Shown in pieces: positions 17,016 to 25,910 of a stretch of DNA of 64,000 bases. The notes beneath the pieces were generated by a model. The model was given only the letters and a program-made list of their open reading frames with translations. It was not told where the DNA came from and did not search any database. The stretch covers positions 199,572-263,571 of the forward strand of contig CAVXEH010000003.1 in assembly GCA_963760875.1 (NCBI GenBank), written 5' to 3'. The stretch is from an uncultured Chloroflexia bacterium. GTDB lineage: Bacteria; Chloroflexota; Limnocylindria; QHBO01. The position numbers and the translations under genes were made by a program. Position 1 is the stretch's first letter; each line of letters opens with the position of its first letter.

Positions 17016-19142
17016 TCAGTGGAAGAAGTGCGCCTCCATGATCTTGCGGACGATGGGTGCCGCGAAGTCGCCGCCGTTCCCGAGGGGCACGGTCACGACC
17101 ACCGTGGCCACCGCGATGGTTGGGTTGTTCATGGGCGCGAACGCCGGGAACCAGGCGTCCGGGTCGGGGCCCCCGGTCTCCGCGGTCCCGCTCTTTCCGG
17201 CGGCAGCGATGGGAAAGCCCAGGAAGGCGCGGTGCGCGGTGCCCAGTGACGAGGTCACCACGGCGCGCATGGTGGTCACCACGTAGTCCATCACGTCGCG
17301 ACGCAGCTGGATGACATGGTGGTAGGTGGGATGGCTGTCGTAGACGACCGTCCCGTCGGGGAGCGTGGCCTTGAGCACGATCCGGGGCTGCCACAGGATC
17401 CCGCGGTTGCCCCATGCCGCGTACGCGGTCGCCAGCTGCAGCGGCGTGCCCAGGTAGGAGCCCTGGCCGATGGCCAGCTGGATCTGGTCGAAGGGTCCGT
17501 ACGGCGAGTACTTCCCGTTCCAGCGCTTGTGCGACTCGAAGTAGGCCGCGTCCGGCAGGATCCCGGCGCTCTCGGCCAGGAAGGGGATGCCGGTGACCTC
17601 ACCGAATCCGAAGTTGTGCAGGAGGTCGGTGAGCGCGGTCTTGTCCTTGTCGTACACGCGGACGCTGAGCGGCATGTAGGTCGTGTTGCAGGACAGCGCC
17701 ATGGTGTCGACCCAGGTACGCAGGCCCGGCAGTGTCTCGTACATCCAGTTCTTGAAGGTGAAACCGCTGTAGGTCCACGTGCCGGGGCACAGCATGCGGT
17801 CGGTGGTCTTGACCGTCCCGGTCTGCAGGGCGGCGCCCAGGGTGAACGGCTTGAAGTCCGAGCCGGCGGGGTACGCGCCCAGCACGGCCTTGTCGATGAT
17901 CTGCTCAGACGAGGGCTTCGCCAGGCGGGCGCCGCCCAGAGTGGTTCCCAGGGTCATGGCGTTGGGATCGAACCTCGGCAGGGAGGCAAGGACCCAGACG
18001 TCGCCGCTCTTCGGGTCGATGGCCGCGCTGCCCACGTGCGGGTAGCGGGCCATGGCCGCCTCCGCCGCGCGCTGCAGGACGGGGTTGATGGTGATGGTCA
18101 GGTCCGCGCCGGGGGTCATCGGCTTCTGCAGCACGCTCACCGGGTCGCCGCCGGGACGGACCGCCGAGAGGGTGAAGCCCGGCGAGCCGCGCAGGAGATC
18201 CTCGGCGCCTCGCTCGAGGCCGCTGCGCCCGACCCAGTCACCCGCCTGGTAGCCCTTGGCAGCGAGGGTCTTGAGATCCTCGGCCGTGACCTTGCTGACA
18301 TAGCCGATGGCCTGGCCGGCCAGGTACTCCTGGGGGTAGACGCGCATGCCGTCGCTCCGCGTCTCGGCGAAGACGGTGCCGCCGGCAGCCACGATCTTGC
18401 CCCGCGTCGATGTCTGCCGGGACAGCGCCAGGGTGCCGTCCGTGCCCAGCTCCGCGAAAAGCGAAGCGGGGCTCCAGCGAACCTGCCAGTCGGTGGCCCC
18501 GCGCACCAGGACCAGGGTGCGGTCGAGCATCACGTCTCCGAAGAGGTCCGTGGTGAGGTCGATGCTGGCGTCGACGGCCATGGCCGGCACGGGACCCGGA
18601 AGGACCGGCCCGGGGGTTGCGGGCTCGAAGGTGGCCGATGGCGCAGGCGATCCGCTCGGGGCGGGCGTGGGCGTGGGCGTTGCGGTGGTGCCCGGAGTCG
18701 GCTCCACGGAGGCCGATGCACCCGTCGCCCCGGGCAGCCCACCGCTCGGCGATGGCGCGACGCTGGGCGGGGGCGTCGGGACCAGGTCCGGCGGCGCCGG
18801 CTCCGGCGGCAGGGCGGTCGGCACCGCGTCGCCCGCGGTGGCCGTGACCTTCGTCAGGCGCACGAGGCCCGCGAGCTGCTGGTAGAGGCCCACGAAGCGG
18901 TCGTGCCCGTACGCCTGCTGGTCCGCCGGCGCGATGAGCTCCCACATCCGCTCCGTATTGCCCGCCATCCAGGCGGCCAGGAACTTGCGTGCCACCAGCG
19001 CCGCCTCGCTCACCGGTGGGATGGGCGCCGGCGTGGGGTACGGCGTGGGCGACGGTCCCGTTGAGCAGGCCGTCACGATCAGCACCACCGCCGCCAGCGC
19101 GACCCCTGCCCGCCCGGGTGCCCGCCCCCTCGCCGGCATCAT
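17016..19142 (-). CDS. Penicillin-binding protein (class B-like transpeptidase) with an N-terminal lipoprotein-type signal and a proline-rich linker
   Basis: Transpeptidase motifs SDFKPFT (SxxK) and KSGTAETG. The start is ATGATG at 19142 with lipobox LIVTAC, overlapping the LmbE stop. The longer track ORF to 19478 is rejected. Confidence 0.75.
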   Translation of the reverse strand: MMPARGRAPGRAGVALAAVVLIVTACSTGPSPTPYPTPAPIPPVSEAALVARKFLAAWMAGNTERMWELIAPADQQAYGHDRFVGLYQQLAGLVRLTKVTATAGDAVPTALPPEPAPPDLVPTPPPSVAPSPSGGLPGATGASASVEPTPGTTATPTPTPAPSGSPAPSATFEPATPGPVLPGPVPAMAVDASIDLTTDLFGDVMLDRTLVLVRGATDWQVRWSPASLFAELGTDGTLALSRQTSTRGKIVAAGGTVFAETRSDGMRVYPQEYLAGQAIGYVSKVTAEDLKTLAAKGYQAGDWVGRSGLERGAEDLLRGSPGFTLSAVRPGGDPVSVLQKPMTPGADLTITINPVLQRAAEAAMARYPHVGSAAIDPKSGDVWVLASLPRFDPNAMTLGTTLGGARLAKPSSEQIIDKAVLGAYPAGSDFKPFTLGAALQTGTVKTTDRMLCPGTWTYSGFTFKNWMYETLPGLRTWVDTMALSCNTTYMPLSVRVYDKDKTALTDLLHNFGFGEVTGIPFLAESAGILPDAAYFESHKRWNGKYSPYGPFDQIQLAIGQGSYLGTPLQLATAYAAWGNRGILWQPRIVLKATLPDGTVVYDSHPTYHHVIQLRRDVMDYVVTTMRAVVTSSLGTAHRAFLGFPIAAAGKSGTAETGGPDPDAWFPAFAPMNNPTIAVATVVVTVPLGNGGDFAAPIVRKIMEAHFFH

Positions 19143-19858
19143 CGCGCCAGCATCACGCGGCGGAAGCCCTCGGCGGCCCGGTAGCCGGCCCGCTCGCCGA
19201 GCTCCTCGGAGGTGCGGCGCAGCCACCGCTCGGTATCGGCGAACTCTCGGAACTGGCTCTCGTGGCAGCGCAGTGCGGCGATCTTGCGATCGAGGGTCTC
19301 GCCGATGTCCACCAGCTGGTTCGCCTCGTTCGTGCTCCACAGGTAGAGCTCCGCGACCTTCCACGGTCCCAGGCCGGCCTCGATGTGCTGGTGGAGGTTC
19401 AACGGGTCGCGAGCCGTGGGGAAGACGGCGTCCACGGTGACCATGCCGACTGCCCGGTGATCGGGATGGTTGACCCATTCGTTGTTCACGAACAGGACCG
19501 TGGGATCGTGCGTCATGACGATCTCCGGCTGGAAGCGCCTGATGGCGTACGTGATCCGCTCGCGGAGGCGGAGGCTGGCTTCGACCTGTCCATCCGGCTC
19601 ATCGAGGAAGTCGACTCCCTCGACACCCAGCTCCGCCGCGGCGCTGCGCTGCTCCGCCTCCCTGAGCACGCCGAGCTCCCGCGGGTCGACGCCCGGATCG
19701 TCGCTTCCCTTGTCGCCGCGCGTGACGAGCAGGTAGCGCACCCGCGTTCCCTCGTCGATCCAGCGCGCGACGGTGCCCGCAGCACCGAACTCGATGTCAT
19801 CGGGATGGGCCGCGACCACGAGGACGCGTTCTGGGGTCGGGAGTCGGTCGGTCGGCAT
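19139..19858 (-). CDS. PIG-L/LmbE-family N-acetylglucosaminyl deacetylase
   Basis: VAAHPDDIEFG, the HxDH region (VNHPDHRAVG) and a Zn-binding pattern. The start is taken at MPTDRLPTPERVLVVAAHPDD. Confidence 0.75.
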   Translation of the reverse strand: MPTDRLPTPERVLVVAAHPDDIEFGAAGTVARWIDEGTRVRYLLVTRGDKGSDDPGVDPRELGVLREAEQRSAAAELGVEGVDFLDEPDGQVEASLRLRERITYAIRRFQPEIVMTHDPTVLFVNNEWVNHPDHRAVGMVTVDAVFPTARDPLNLHQHIEAGLGPWKVAELYLWSTNEANQLVDIGETLDRKIAALRCHESQFREFADTERWLRRTSEELGERAGYRAAEGFRRVMLAR

Positions 19859-19989
19859 GGAGTGCGTGTGGTCAGGCCTTGGCTCGCTACGGGCACGTCG
19901 CGCCTTGGTGCGCGGTCGACGGCCGGGCAATCCTAGCAGCCGCCGGGGTGAGGCCCGGGATCAGCCGGTCTTGCCGTCCATGCGCCGTG

Positions 19990-22827
19990 TCACCCGGGCA
20001 GCCGCGCTGGCTGGAGCTCCGGCTCGCGCCCGGCCCCGCCGGCGATCATCGCGACTGTCGCGAGGGCGACGCGCGGAGGTGCGGTGCGCGATGGCAGGCG
20101 GACCAGCGAATCGCGTGGCGCCGAAAGCGCCGACTCTGCCCAGTCCGCCACCGCGTCGTCATGGCTGAAGAGGATCACCTGGCGCTCGTGGCTGAGCTCA
20201 TGGAGAACCCGCAGCAGGCCCGCTCGTCGCTCGCCGTCCGCCTGCGCGGTGACCTCGTCGAGGAGCAGCGGCGCCGATTCATTGGTGGTGACCAGGTGCT
20301 GGGCCATGGCCACCCGCAGCAGGAGGTAGATCTGCTCCCTGGTGCCGGCCGAGAGCAGCCGAGCCGTCCGCCACGCGCCGCTGGCAGCCTCGCGTACCTG
20401 GATCGACAGGTCCGCCGGATCGACGCTCACCTCCCCGTAGGCGCCACCGCTGACGATGGGCAGCCAGCGCTGCACGGCGGCGGCGAGCACGGGCGCCAGG
20501 TCCCGGTGCACGCGCTCCTGCGCCTGCCGAAGGAGGTGCAACGTCTCGTCGACCGTCGCCGCCAATGCCTGCACCCGTTCCAGCTCGGAGGACGCGGCCA
20601 CGACCGCTTCCTCCGCCTCGGCCACGTCCGGAAGGCCATCCCGCAGGACCTCGAGCCTCCCGCGCAGCTCGTGCGCCGCGCGATCCGCAGCAGAAGCGGC
20701 ATCCCGCCGCTCCTCGAGCGCGTGCTCGAGGTCGCCTCGACGCGCCAGCTCCTCGACGGCCGCCGGGTCGAGGCCCGTCGCGAGCGCGGCCGCCTCCCGG
20801 GACAGCCGCTCCGCTTCGTCGTTGAGCGCCGCCAGCGGACGTCCGTCCAGGAGTCGAGACAGCTCGTGCCACTCCTCGATGGCTGCCTGGTTGGCGCCGA
20901 TGCTCTCCGAACGACGCTGCTGCCATGCTCGCAGCGCCGAGACAAGGTGCTCGGGATCACCGTCGCCGATGCCGATGCCCACCCGGTGGGAGGCATCGGC
21001 CAGGGCGCCTGCGGCCGCGGCGATGGCACTGTCCACCGACGCGGCCGTCTCCTCCGCCGCCCGGCGAGCCGCGAGCTCGCGGCGGATGGAGTCGCCCCGC
21101 GCCGCCGCCTCCGCCTGGACCCGGCGCCGCTCACAGGCGGCCTCGTACGCGACCCACGCCCGTCGCGGGTCCACCTCGCCGGTGATCCCTCGCTCGGAAA
21201 GGGCGTCCACCAGGCGTTGCGCCGCTGCCCGGGCCCGCCCGATCGCGCGCTCGCGCCGGACCCGCCACTCCCCGGCCCGCTCCGCGTCACCGATCCGGTC
21301 GACCGTGCGGTCGGCCAGCGCCTCCAGGGACGCCGGGTCCTCCGGCCAGCCGCGGTCGCGTGCCTCGGCTGCCGCCGACGTCCGCTGCGCATTCGCCCGT
21401 GCCTGCGCCTCACGGTACGGCGCGAGGGCCGCCTCCGCGTTGGCCACGCGCTGCGCGGCGGCACGTCGCGTGGCGCCGCTGCGGAATCCCCGGGCGGCGA
21501 TGGCGACACCCGCGGCCGCCAGCACGACCCCCGCGCCGAGCATGAGCGTCAGCGCGATGAGGACGCCGACCGCCAGGAAGCCGGCGCCCACGGCAAAGGG
21601 CAGGACCGAGGGTGGTGGGCCCGCCGCCGCGGAGGCACGGGCCGCGGCCAGCTCGTCCTCCATCGCGGCGGCGCCCGCCGGCATTGGCGCGGCAAGGCGC
21701 CTGGCGATGGATCGCATGGCGTCCACCGTGGCGGCGTCCGCGGAGGGACCCGCTTCCGGCTCATCGCCGAGCATGGTCATCGCCTCCTCCGCGCGTTCCA
21801 GCTCACGAAGCAGGTCGCGCAGCGCGGGATCCGGCCGCTGGTCTCCGGCCGGGACGGGCGGCAGCCCGTCCAGCTCGGCGCGCAGGGCCGCGCTCGAGGC
21901 GCCGTCCAGGACGACCGGCGCCGGCCGGCGGTCCCAGCCCACGATGGCCGCGGCGACCGCGTCGGCGTCGGCGTCGCGTTCGCTGAGAGCAGGGGGCGCC
22001 TCCGCATGGCGGGCAGCGAGCTCGGCGGCCCGCGCGGCCCGTGCGTTGAGGCGGTGGGCGGCAACGAGGGCGTCGGCTGCAACGGCCACCCCCAGCTCGC
22101 GGCGTGCTTTCGCCAGGCGCTGCTCCGCGTCCTCGGCCCGCCGCGCATGCTCGAGGTGCTCCGCGTGGCGCGCTCGCGCGACCTGCAGCGCCTCGGTCGC
22201 CGCCGCAAGACGGACGCGGGCCGCCCGCAGGGGCCCCCTTGCGACCGCGGTATCCGCGCCGACCGCTTCCTTGCGGAACTCGACGAGGCGCTCGATCGCC
22301 TGGGCCGCCGTGGCATCCGTACCGCGGGTGGCGGCCGCGCGCTGCATCTGCTCCTGCAGCTGGTCCGCGGCATCGGCCACGGCCAGGATGTCGGCCTGGC
22401 TGACCGACACCGTCGCCGCGAACGAGTCGCGATCCAGTCCCAGCCAGCGGGAGGCGTCCGGCGTGCCATCGAGGATCTCGTCGCTGACGTCGCGACCCAG
22501 ACCGACGTCGATCGCCCGGCAGGCCACCTTTCCGGCGAGGTCCTGGTGGATGTCGATGGTCCGCCCGTCGTCGAGGTCGAGGCGGGCTTCCACCTCCCAG
22601 CGATCCGCGACGTCCCACGGCCGGTGCCGGTCCGCCGTCTCCGCCTCGGCGTTCGTGGCGCGGCCACGCCCGCGCCGGAGGCCGGTGAGGGCGAGCCGTG
22701 TCGCGGCGTGCCAGCTGGACTTCCCCGCCTCGTTGGGCCCGGCAACGACGGTCATGCCCGGCGCCAGCTCGAGCGTCTCGTTCTGGAACGGCCCGAAGGC
22801 GCGCGCCACGACCCGCTGGATGCGCAC
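19990..22827 (-). CDS. SbcC/Rad50-like ABC ATPase (945 aa) with a central transmembrane hairpin
   Basis: N-terminus VRIQRVVARAFGPF...GMTVVAGPNEAGKSS (Walker A). C-terminus has Q-loop/signature/D-loop LLLDEV and an H-loop. The GTG start at 22827 overlaps the SbcD stop. The mid-protein segment VLPFAVGAGFLAVGVLIALTLMLGAGVVLAAAGVAIAARGF replaces a CxxC hook. The track start at 23622 is rejected. Confidence 0.75.
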   Translation of the reverse strand: MRIQRVVARAFGPFQNETLELAPGMTVVAGPNEAGKSSWHAATRLALTGLRRGRGRATNAEAETADRHRPWDVADRWEVEARLDLDDGRTIDIHQDLAGKVACRAIDVGLGRDVSDEILDGTPDASRWLGLDRDSFAATVSVSQADILAVADAADQLQEQMQRAAATRGTDATAAQAIERLVEFRKEAVGADTAVARGPLRAARVRLAAATEALQVARARHAEHLEHARRAEDAEQRLAKARRELGVAVAADALVAAHRLNARAARAAELAARHAEAPPALSERDADADAVAAAIVGWDRRPAPVVLDGASSAALRAELDGLPPVPAGDQRPDPALRDLLRELERAEEAMTMLGDEPEAGPSADAATVDAMRSIARRLAAPMPAGAAAMEDELAAARASAAAGPPPSVLPFAVGAGFLAVGVLIALTLMLGAGVVLAAAGVAIAARGFRSGATRRAAAQRVANAEAALAPYREAQARANAQRTSAAAEARDRGWPEDPASLEALADRTVDRIGDAERAGEWRVRRERAIGRARAAAQRLVDALSERGITGEVDPRRAWVAYEAACERRRVQAEAAARGDSIRRELAARRAAEETAASVDSAIAAAAGALADASHRVGIGIGDGDPEHLVSALRAWQQRRSESIGANQAAIEEWHELSRLLDGRPLAALNDEAERLSREAAALATGLDPAAVEELARRGDLEHALEERRDAASAADRAAHELRGRLEVLRDGLPDVAEAEEAVVAASSELERVQALAATVDETLHLLRQAQERVHRDLAPVLAAAVQRWLPIVSGGAYGEVSVDPADLSIQVREAASGAWRTARLLSAGTREQIYLLLRVAMAQHLVTTNESAPLLLDEVTAQADGERRAGLLRVLHELSHERQVILFSHDDAVADWAESALSAPRDSLVRLPSRTAPPRVALATVAMIAGGAGREPELQPARLPG

Positions 22828-22829
22828 AG

Positions 22830-23921
22830 TCAGGCCACCTCCAGGTCCCGACGACCCTCGAGCGCCCGCAGCCCGGTGAGGACCACGCGGCGTCGCTCCT
22901 CCGGATCCGCGATGGCCTCGGCCGCGCGGACGAAATGGCCGCGCACCGTGGACTCGGTCTCGATGGCTCCCAGGTCGTAGCCCGTCTCCAGCCGGCCAAC
23001 GCGCAGCACGAGGTCCGGCCGGCCGGCGGCGATCCGTGCCAGCTCGCGCCGGTCGAGCTCGAGGCTGGGCGCGACCTCGCCGCTCAGGGTGATGCGGATG
23101 CAGCCGCCGAGATCCCCGAGCGCGGCGGCGATGGCGCGCTCGACCTCGTCCATGTGCGCAGCCCCGTCGAGCGCGACGACCAGGTCGTGCACCTCGCTGA
23201 CCGCGACCACGCGCCGCTCGCGTCCCACGCTGCCGTCCGCCCCCACCTCGGCGAGCACCGCACCCCGCTCGCCCAGCTCGCCGAACTCGAGCGGATCGGG
23301 GTTGCCCGGGTACGTGTAGCGCGGCGCGTCCCGCGGGACGTGGTAGTGGCCCAGGAAGGCGTGATGGATCCCCGCCGCTTCCAGCTCCGCGGCGTCGAAC
23401 GGGGCATGCGGCTGCTTGCCGCTCTCCTGCCAGCCCAGGGCACCGCGCTCCGAGGCATGCGCGAGGGCGAGGTGCACGCCGCCGCGGTCCGGCCGGAACC
23501 CGGCGAAGAACGGATCCGTGTTTGCCGGAGCGCGGTGCGCCGCGCCCCACAGCGTGAGCCCGTCGGCGAGGGTCACCGGCTGGAGCGACGCCTCCCTGAA
23601 GACGCGCACGTTGGACGACCACTCGGTGAGCGCATACGGGCTGCCTGGCGAAAGCCAGTCGTGATTGCCGGGCGCCAGGAACACCGGGATCCCGACCTCG
23701 GCAAAGCTCGAGCGCAGAAACTCGACGCTGTCGGGGCTGACCCGATCCTGCTCGAACAGGTCTCCGGCGCTCAGGACCGCGTCCACCCGCTCGTCCGCGG
23801 CGATGCGCAGGATCCGGGTCAGCGTCTCACGCCGGTTCCGGCGCCGCACGCGGGCCGTCTCCGACGTCGCCCACGCGAACGGGGCGTCAAGGTGCAGGTC
23901 GGCGAAATGGAGGAGCTTCAT
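22830..23921 (-). CDS. SbcD/Mre11-like calcineurin-type metallophosphoesterase (DNA repair exonuclease)
   Basis: MKLLHFADLHLD, GDLFE, GNHDW and an HYH-type motif (GHYH). Confidence 0.8.
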   Translation of the reverse strand: MKLLHFADLHLDAPFAWATSETARVRRRNRRETLTRILRIAADERVDAVLSAGDLFEQDRVSPDSVEFLRSSFAEVGIPVFLAPGNHDWLSPGSPYALTEWSSNVRVFREASLQPVTLADGLTLWGAAHRAPANTDPFFAGFRPDRGGVHLALAHASERGALGWQESGKQPHAPFDAAELEAAGIHHAFLGHYHVPRDAPRYTYPGNPDPLEFGELGERGAVLAEVGADGSVGRERRVVAVSEVHDLVVALDGAAHMDEVERAIAAALGDLGGCIRITLSGEVAPSLELDRRELARIAAGRPDLVLRVGRLETGYDLGAIETESTVRGHFVRAAEAIADPEERRRVVLTGLRALEGRRDLEVA

Positions 23922-24027
23922 GCGCGATCGGGTCGAAGCCTACCCGATCCACATGACAGCTCGGCTGTCGCGAAGACACACGAGCGGGCCGCGAGAGCGG
24001 CCCGCCCGGTATCGGTCTGTCAGGTCG

Positions 24028-24174
24028 TCAGACGGCTCGTCTACCGGCCAGCAGCTGGAACAGCAGCACGACCAGGGCAAGCACGAGCAGCAGGTGAATG
24101 AAGCCCGCGCCGATGCCCCCGATCAGGCCCAGCAGCCAGAGGACGAGCAGGACGACGATGAGCGCCCAGAGCAT
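24028..24174 (-). CDS. lmo0937-family small membrane protein (about 48 aa)
   Basis: MLWALIVVLLVLWLLGLIGG... This is a paralogue of the next gene. Confidence 0.45.
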   Translation of the reverse strand: MLWALIVVLLVLWLLGLIGGIGAGFIHLLLVLALVVLLFQLLAGRRAV

Positions 24175-24265
24175 CGGGTTCCTCCTTTGCGTCGGCACAC
24201 GACTTGGGGCGTGCGTCCTGGGGCTGATGGCTTGCACGTGGCGTGCCAGCGCGGTCCCGGACAGA

Positions 24266-24415
24266 TCAGCCCGCGCGGCCCTCCCGCTCGTTGATGACCT
24301 GCACGACCAGCAGGACGGCGGCGACCACCAGGAGAAGGTTCACGATGGCGCCGATCTGCAGCAGGAGGCCAACCAGCCAGAGAACCAGCGCGACGGCCAC
24401 CGCGATCCAGATCAT
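24266..24415 (-). CDS. lmo0937-family small membrane protein (about 49 aa)
   Basis: MIWIAVAVALVLWLVGLLLQIG... Its start overlaps the bcp stop. Confidence 0.45.
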   Translation of the reverse strand: MIWIAVAVALVLWLVGLLLQIGAIVNLLLVVAAVLLVVQVINEREGRAG

Positions 24416-24879
24416 GGCTGCGCCAGGACCTCCAGCAGCTGATCGAGGTGCTCTTCGGGTTTCACGCGCGGGAGCACGTGCTCCACGCGGCCGTCCGGTC
24501 CGACCACGAAGGTGGTGCGCTCGTTGCCCATGTACGTCCGCCCATAGCGCGACTTCTCGATCCAGACACCAAAGGCCTCCGCCGCCCGGTGCCCCTCGTC
24601 GGCCAGGAGGGGGTAAGGCAGGTCGTACTTGGCCCTGAACTTCACGTGGCTGGCGACCGGGTCCGGGGAGACGCCGTAGAGGGTCACGCCCGTGGCGGTC
24701 ATTCGCTCCCAGCCGTCGCGCAGGCTGCATGCCTGGGTCGTGCAGCCGGGCGTGTCGTCCTTGGGATAGAAGTACAGGACGTAGCGGCGTCCCTCGAGCG
24801 ACCGGTTCGAGACGGCATCGCCTGTGTCCGAGGTCATGGTGAACGGCGGGGCGGGGTCGCCGGGTTCGGGTCTGCTCAT
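24412..24879 (-). CDS. bcp: Peroxiredoxin Bcp (thiol peroxidase)
   Basis: FYPKDDTPGCTTQAC peroxidatic-Cys motif. 155 aa. Confidence 0.9.
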   Translation of the reverse strand: MSRPEPGDPAPPFTMTSDTGDAVSNRSLEGRRYVLYFYPKDDTPGCTTQACSLRDGWERMTATGVTLYGVSPDPVASHVKFRAKYDLPYPLLADEGHRAAEAFGVWIEKSRYGRTYMGNERTTFVVGPDGRVEHVLPRVKPEEHLDQLLEVLAQP

Positions 24880-25885
24880 GGCTCAATCGTAGCGCGTCCG
24901 GGGTCCATTTCCTGGAGGGCAACCAGGACCGGTGGCAGCTCCCTGGGCTCAAGGCGGACTGCGAGCTCGCGTGCGACGGCACCCATGAGCGCATCGGAAC
25001 CCTCGGCCAGGTCATGGCCCGCCTCCGCGACGACCTGCAACGCGGGCGCGTTGCCCGCGTCCCGCACCGTCGCCTGCAGGAGGCGGGATTCGTCTGGATC
25101 GGCCCATGCATCGCGGGCGCCGTGGACCAGGCTGACGGACCGATGGAGCATGGTCGCCAGGGCCATCGGCGGCGTCTGAAACGCCTGCTGCCAGCCCGCG
25201 AGTTCCAGGGTGACGGCGTCATTCGGAGCCTGGCAGTCGGAGCCGCATGGCCGGCTCGTGCCGGTCGGCCCGCTCGATGAGCTCCTCGCTCGCGCGGTCC
25301 AGCGCGGCGACGAACGGATGCTGGCGGTCCGTCCCGGTCCGGTCGCGTTCGGCCACGGCGCGGCGCAGGACGTCGCGGCCCGGAGCGGGCCGAGGAGCCG
25401 ATGAGGGTCAGGGCTCCCACCGCCGGGTCCGCGATGGCCACCGACAGCGCGATCGTCACGCCTTCCCCGTGGCCGGCGATCCCGGTCCGCGCCAGGTCGA
25501 GCTCCGGCCGCCCTCGCATGGCGCCCAGGGCATCGCGCGCGTCGTCGATACGGGTGAAGAGGTCGCTCGCCGCCCAGTCGCCCTCCGACGCGCCACTGCC
25601 ACGGGTGTCGTACCGGAACGAGGCGACCCCCACCTCGGCGAGGGCGGTGGCCAGCCGGCGCAGGAGACCCGGGCGGGGCGGCGCCATCGGTTTGGAGGCG
25701 AACCAGCCGGGGTGCCCGCGGCCATGGAGGACGCCGTCGCGATCCCGGGGGAGCCAGGAGGAGAGCAGGAGCACCCACGGATATCGGCCACGCCGATCGG
25801 CCGGAGGCGCGCCATCGGGAAGCAGGAGCTCGCCGGCCAGGGTGGCGCTCCCGGCCTGGAACGCGATCTCCTCGGGTCGCGGCAT
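24876..25885 (-). pseudogene. Alpha/beta-hydrolase (dienelactone-hydrolase-like). The reading frame is apparently disrupted between about 25200 and 25390.
   Basis: The N-terminal hydrolase half (MPRPEE...FRYDTRGSGASEG...GIAGHGEG) is in one frame from 25885. The C-terminal half (VSLVHGARDAWADPDESRLL...EAGHDL) is in another frame and ends in a TGA that overlaps the bcp ATG. Confidence 0.35.
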
Positions 25886-25910
25886 GCGTCGAGGGTACAC
25901 TCGCCCTCCC

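Noticed and set aside
17316-19064. 582-aa plus-strand ORF opposite the penicillin-binding protein
   Set aside because: It is antisense to a gene with SxxK/KSG transpeptidase motifs, and its translation is low-complexity.
19879-22980. 1033-aa plus-strand ORF (and the nested 807-aa ORF 20456..22879) covering the sbcC region
   Set aside because: It is antisense to a gene with clear Walker A, signature and D-loop motifs. Its translation is Arg/Ala/Gly/Pro low-complexity with no recognisable domain. It is a typical GC-rich shadow ORF.
25210-25404. 64-aa plus ORF, and a protein-like third minus frame, inside the hydrolase disruption zone
   Set aside because: They cannot be distinguished from GC-driven open frames. 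I kept only the frame-split hydrolase interpretation, at low confidence.
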